A stretch of DNA of 64,000 nucleotides, from positions 1 to 64,000 of the forward strand of contig CAXXVK010000030.1 in the NCBI GenBank assembly GCA_963676915.2, given 5' to 3'. This DNA is from Myxococcota bacterium. Its GTDB lineage: Bacteria; Myxococcota_A; SURF-8; G963663525. Within the stretch, counting starts at the first letter, position 1, and each line of letters starts with the position of its first letter. This document shows positions 60,585 to 64,000 of this stretch, in pieces. The notes under the pieces are model-generated. The model saw nothing but the letters and a program-made list of their open reading frames with translations. It ran no database searches and was not told the DNA's origin. The translations under genes and the position numbers were made by a program.

Positions 60585-62144
60585 TTACTCCCCGATGGTC
60601 ACTTGGATGGCTCCGATATCCGGTCCTTTTCCTTTGCCTTCCGGATCGATCATGGGAGACCCAGGCATCGGCGTGAAATCCAATTCCAGCGGATTGGCGA
60701 ACAGTGCCGAGGCACGAACGTCTCCAGGACCGGGATGGGCCTTTTTGTAATCCGCATCCTTGTTGTTGTGATACAGATTCGAAAAAGCTTTCGGCTCGTT
60801 GGGATAGTTTCCTTCGTAGCTCAAACCAATGAAATTACCGACAACGGCATTGTGATGAAAATTGCCTTCGGAGTTCTCGGTAAACCAGGCACCCGCTTTA
60901 GTATTGCCATAGAACGTGTTTTCGAACACGCTGGCATATCCCGAGCTTCCTACCAGCATTCCATGCCAACCGTTATTTGCAATAGTGGAGTTGATCAGGA
61001 ACAGCTTGGCTCCGAGCACCACGATTCCGGCTTTACCGTTGCCGTTGATCGTGTTCAGGCTGACCTGCGGGTTGGCGGTTTGACGCACATTCAAGCCGTG
61101 CTCTTTGTTGAAAGAGATCTGGTTCATTTCGATTTCGGCTTCGGACAAACCAAAGACACCAATTCCCATTTTGTTGTACTGAATGAGATTTCCCGTGATT
61201 TTTGGAGACGTGATGCCGTTGATTCGAATCCCTTCATTGGCGTTGACGGAGATCGTGTTCTCTACCACTTCAACGTCCGCACCTTCGTTGATTTCGATAC
61301 CTATGGAATTGCCTTTGACTTCGCTGGCCATCAACATCAGTTTGCCGATTTCATTAACGATGATGCCAGGCGCTCTTTCAACCTCATTGCCGTTGGATTC
61401 GACCGTCAACGCCTCGCCACTGACATGAGCGCCGAGTTCGACCAGCAGACCACCGCTGCCATTTCCTTGCAAAATAACCGATTCCAAAGTGATATGAGCG
61501 CTTTCCTCATCCCGATACTCGATGATTTTTTCCGGCACTTCGTTGAATGCACGAGCCTCAACACCGAATTTTCCGTTTTCGGCGATCAGACTATCCATAA
61601 TGCGAGCGCGTGCCTGTTCATGCAGTAACAATCCGCTTTGGTTGTTACCGGTCACCTCGGAGTTGCGCAGATCGAGCATTCCGAAATTTCGAGATTCAAT
61701 TCCTGCCAATCCACCACCGAGAAAGCGGCAGTTGTTGAAAACCACTTCGGTATCGGTCAACAGCAATGTCGGGTCACGACCTGCTCCACGCTTGTCGAAG
61801 GTCATCCCTTCGACCGAAATATTCTGGGCGCCCTTGCTGTACAATACCGGGCCTTCACCATCGAAGGTCACAATGGTATCTTCTCGGGATTCACCAACGA
61901 GTTGCAGCCCCGTACGCAATTGAATTTGCTCGTTGTATTCGCCGGGACGCACCACGACGATCTGCCCCTGCTCGATATCCACGTTTTGAATGGCTTGGGC
62001 AAGAGAACGATAATCCCCTTCGCCGGTCGGATCGACGACGATTTGCGCCTTGGTCGCGCATCCCCCGAAAATTGCAAGGGAAATCGCCAACAAACACCCG
62101 GTGATCGCTTTTCGAAAACGAAGCCGTTCCATCAGATTCTCCAT
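60585..62144 (-). CDS. Right-handed parallel beta-helix (pectin-lyase-fold) lipoprotein
   Basis: FGG-C lipobox; VDPTGEGDYRSLAQAI..VRPGEYNE; repeated N.I..N...GI; C-terminal SPMID..PDIGA. Confidence 0.85.
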   Translation of the reverse strand: MENLMERLRFRKAITGCLLAISLAIFGGCATKAQIVVDPTGEGDYRSLAQAIQNVDIEQGQIVVVRPGEYNEQIQLRTGLQLVGESREDTIVTFDGEGPVLYSKGAQNISVEGMTFDKRGAGRDPTLLLTDTEVVFNNCRFLGGGLAGIESRNFGMLDLRNSEVTGNNQSGLLLHEQARARIMDSLIAENGKFGVEARAFNEVPEKIIEYRDEESAHITLESVILQGNGSGGLLVELGAHVSGEALTVESNGNEVERAPGIIVNEIGKLMLMASEVKGNSIGIEINEGADVEVVENTISVNANEGIRINGITSPKITGNLIQYNKMGIGVFGLSEAEIEMNQISFNKEHGLNVRQTANPQVSLNTINGNGKAGIVVLGAKLFLINSTIANNGWHGMLVGSSGYASVFENTFYGNTKAGAWFTENSEGNFHHNAVVGNFIGLSYEGNYPNEPKAFSNLYHNNKDADYKKAHPGPGDVRASALFANPLELDFTPMPGSPMIDPEGKGKGPDIGAIQVTIGE

Positions 62145-62360
62145 AATTTTAGATAGTTAGGAATTCTTTTTTTAACGTTATTATACAACATTAAAGCGAA
62201 TTATACCTTTTTTATGGCGAAAGTCAAAGGAATGGCTTGTTGAATGATCTATTAGGAACGTGATTGTTTCGGAAAATAAAAACGATCAACGGCCCTGAAA
62301 GACTCCGCCATTAATCTTCGGGAACGATGATTTAAAGTTTTTCTTCCTGAAGATAATCAT

Positions 62361-63938
62361 TCAGTTTGTTTGTTCGACAAACCTTATGGCAGAGCCGACA
62401 GCTCCCATGCACCACTCGCTCGGACCATCCGCCTCAAGCACCACGTTCATGGCCCTATCGAGATAATCCGGTACAAAAAACGTAGAGGTCGGCTTATCGT
62501 TCACGACCAGCGGTACGCACTGTAACATCTCGGGCATCCACTCCGCCGGATTGCAATTTTCCGGCTTCATGACAAGGTTCAAATCGACCATATCTAGAAA
62601 CATCATTGCGAAAGCGGCATAATCTTCACCACTCAATTTAACTGCTGCTGCCGCAAGTTCGTCGACAGTTGCTTTCTGCTCGTCGGTCAATCCAGGAGCA
62701 TGAAGAGGCTCCAACACGATCGGATAAATCCATTCTCCAGGCAAAACCGGAATATCCGTCAATTCCACGACCTGATCTATACTTTCGATCTCTTTTTCAG
62801 CCAATACGCTGCCCAATTCCGCCGATGGCAACTCCTCATCGGAAGCGACATACGATCCCTTGATAAGTCGTAACAAGCCTCCTTGGGCACGACTGATGCG
62901 TACTGTTATCGTAACGTTCGTACCTTCGGCAGGCACCACAAGCTCATCACCCATTTGTGCGACGGCATCCGCGGAGCTAATTGATAATTCCACTGCGGCT
63001 GCGACAGGGCCACGAGAAACGAAAGTATGACGATCAAGAATGCCTTGCACAAGGCCGTCAACCGTTTCCTCGGTAGATTTGATCCAGGTTGTTGGAAATC
63101 CATTGAGCAAAAACATATGGCGGTCACTACCACCCACCAACGCCACATGAACGCCTCTCGTCAGCATTGCTTCATAAAGAGCTAGAATCTGACCGTACGG
63201 TTCCTGCAAAGCTCGTTTGAAAATCGGACTCGCCGTTCCATGATCCGCTTCCCATTGGTTTAATTCATCCTCTGGAAACGGAGCTGAACTCATCGCCCAA
63301 CGAACATTCCATATTTCGAGTGAATCGTGCGTTCGCGTATCCCAGGGCCAGGGAGTATCGGGTAACAGAGGGTGATTGATGGAAAACGCACCCTTTTTCT
63401 CATGTACGCTATCGATGGCATTCAGGATGTCATCTTGCGAGGTTCCATCCCCCCCCGGATTGTGATCGATAAATTCCTTGGGACCGAAAACGTTGGCATG
63501 CCCTACTGAGCCAAATTCCTGTCCCGGAATCAAAAGCAGTTTCTCGCTGGTCCAATCAGGATCACTCAGAACATCCACCGTGCGATGGTCGGTGATAGAA
63601 ATAAAATCGAGACTGTTTCCAAAATACTCCGGGTGAGCGGCAAGAAACGTTTCATTTTCCAGATATTCACCTAGAGCTATTACCATCGCCGCCTCATCAG
63701 AGCCGTCGCTCCATGTGCTATGCATATGAAGATCGCCGCGCAGCCAACCCTCATCTTTCAGACGAAGAGTGGGATCGACTGTCTCTTCTATCTCGGCTTC
63801 ACTCTCATCCCCATCGAGCAATACATCATTATCCCAATCGCCATTGACATTCTCGTCGTTCGTCCCGTCATCGGAACATCCAGCCAAAAAACTAAAAAGA
63901 CAGAATAGAATCACCACAGCAAAACGACAGTTGAACAT
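62361..63938 (-). CDS. PHP-domain (CehA/McbA-like) metallohydrolase lipoprotein
   Basis: LAG-C lipobox; RGDLHMHSTWSDG, ITDH, GQE..GHAN, INHP, EIWN, GGSDRH. Confidence 0.88.
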   Translation of the reverse strand: MFNCRFAVVILFCLFSFLAGCSDDGTNDENVNGDWDNDVLLDGDESEAEIEETVDPTLRLKDEGWLRGDLHMHSTWSDGSDEAAMVIALGEYLENETFLAAHPEYFGNSLDFISITDHRTVDVLSDPDWTSEKLLLIPGQEFGSVGHANVFGPKEFIDHNPGGDGTSQDDILNAIDSVHEKKGAFSINHPLLPDTPWPWDTRTHDSLEIWNVRWAMSSAPFPEDELNQWEADHGTASPIFKRALQEPYGQILALYEAMLTRGVHVALVGGSDRHMFLLNGFPTTWIKSTEETVDGLVQGILDRHTFVSRGPVAAAVELSISSADAVAQMGDELVVPAEGTNVTITVRISRAQGGLLRLIKGSYVASDEELPSAELGSVLAEKEIESIDQVVELTDIPVLPGEWIYPIVLEPLHAPGLTDEQKATVDELAAAAVKLSGEDYAAFAMMFLDMVDLNLVMKPENCNPAEWMPEMLQCVPLVVNDKPTSTFFVPDYLDRAMNVVLEADGPSEWCMGAVGSAIRFVEQTN

Positions 63939-64000
63939 GTTCTACTCCCACAAGATTAAAAATCACTGTTTAACCAAACCATCCTTACGACACTCCCCGT

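Noticed and set aside
1-64000. tRNA, rRNA, integrase, transposase, defence or toxin-antitoxin genes
   Set aside because: No cloverleaf, rRNA signature or relevant protein motif recognised by eye; Infernal, tRNAscan and DefenseFinder would be needed to exclude them formally.

Overview
64-kb window of a Gram-negative bacterial chromosome, about 50-55% GC by eye. The gene content and the many Cys/Asp-rich lipoproteins suggest a Deltaproteobacteria/Myxococcota-like organism (inference). Housekeeping genes: mobB, rsgA, gcvPA/PB, icd, rplU-rpmA, trxA, lon, hemC-hemL, uvrC, a CPA2 K+/H+ antiporter, and an acyl-CoA/beta-oxidation cluster with a FadR-type operator. Accessory genes are mostly large surface lipoproteins: LTD-CotH kinase, six-hairpin glycosidase-like, tandem P-domain, a ~2,180-aa LTD/laminin-EGF/C-type-lectin protein, an LVIVD/disintegrin/EGF protein, a beta-helix protein and a PHP hydrolase. 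No rRNA, tRNA, CRISPR array, transposase or phage genes were recognised. Eight reading-frame breaks in six genes are all repairable by removing extra bases, which points to assembly insertion errors. Best leads: (1) a ~1,550-aa catalytically degenerate PilB/GspE-type ATPase fused to a multi-pass membrane domain and four PKD-like repeats; (2) a GGA-rich candidate sRNA with tandem upstream palindromes between rpmA and a convergent gene; (3) a 202-bp MITE with 9-bp target duplications carrying an inverted pair of GTAG-type REPs, plus other MITE/REP families; (4) a shared acidic GDxD linker after the lipobox of most lipoproteins; (5) a low-GC LVIVD propeller inserted between EGF-like halves.
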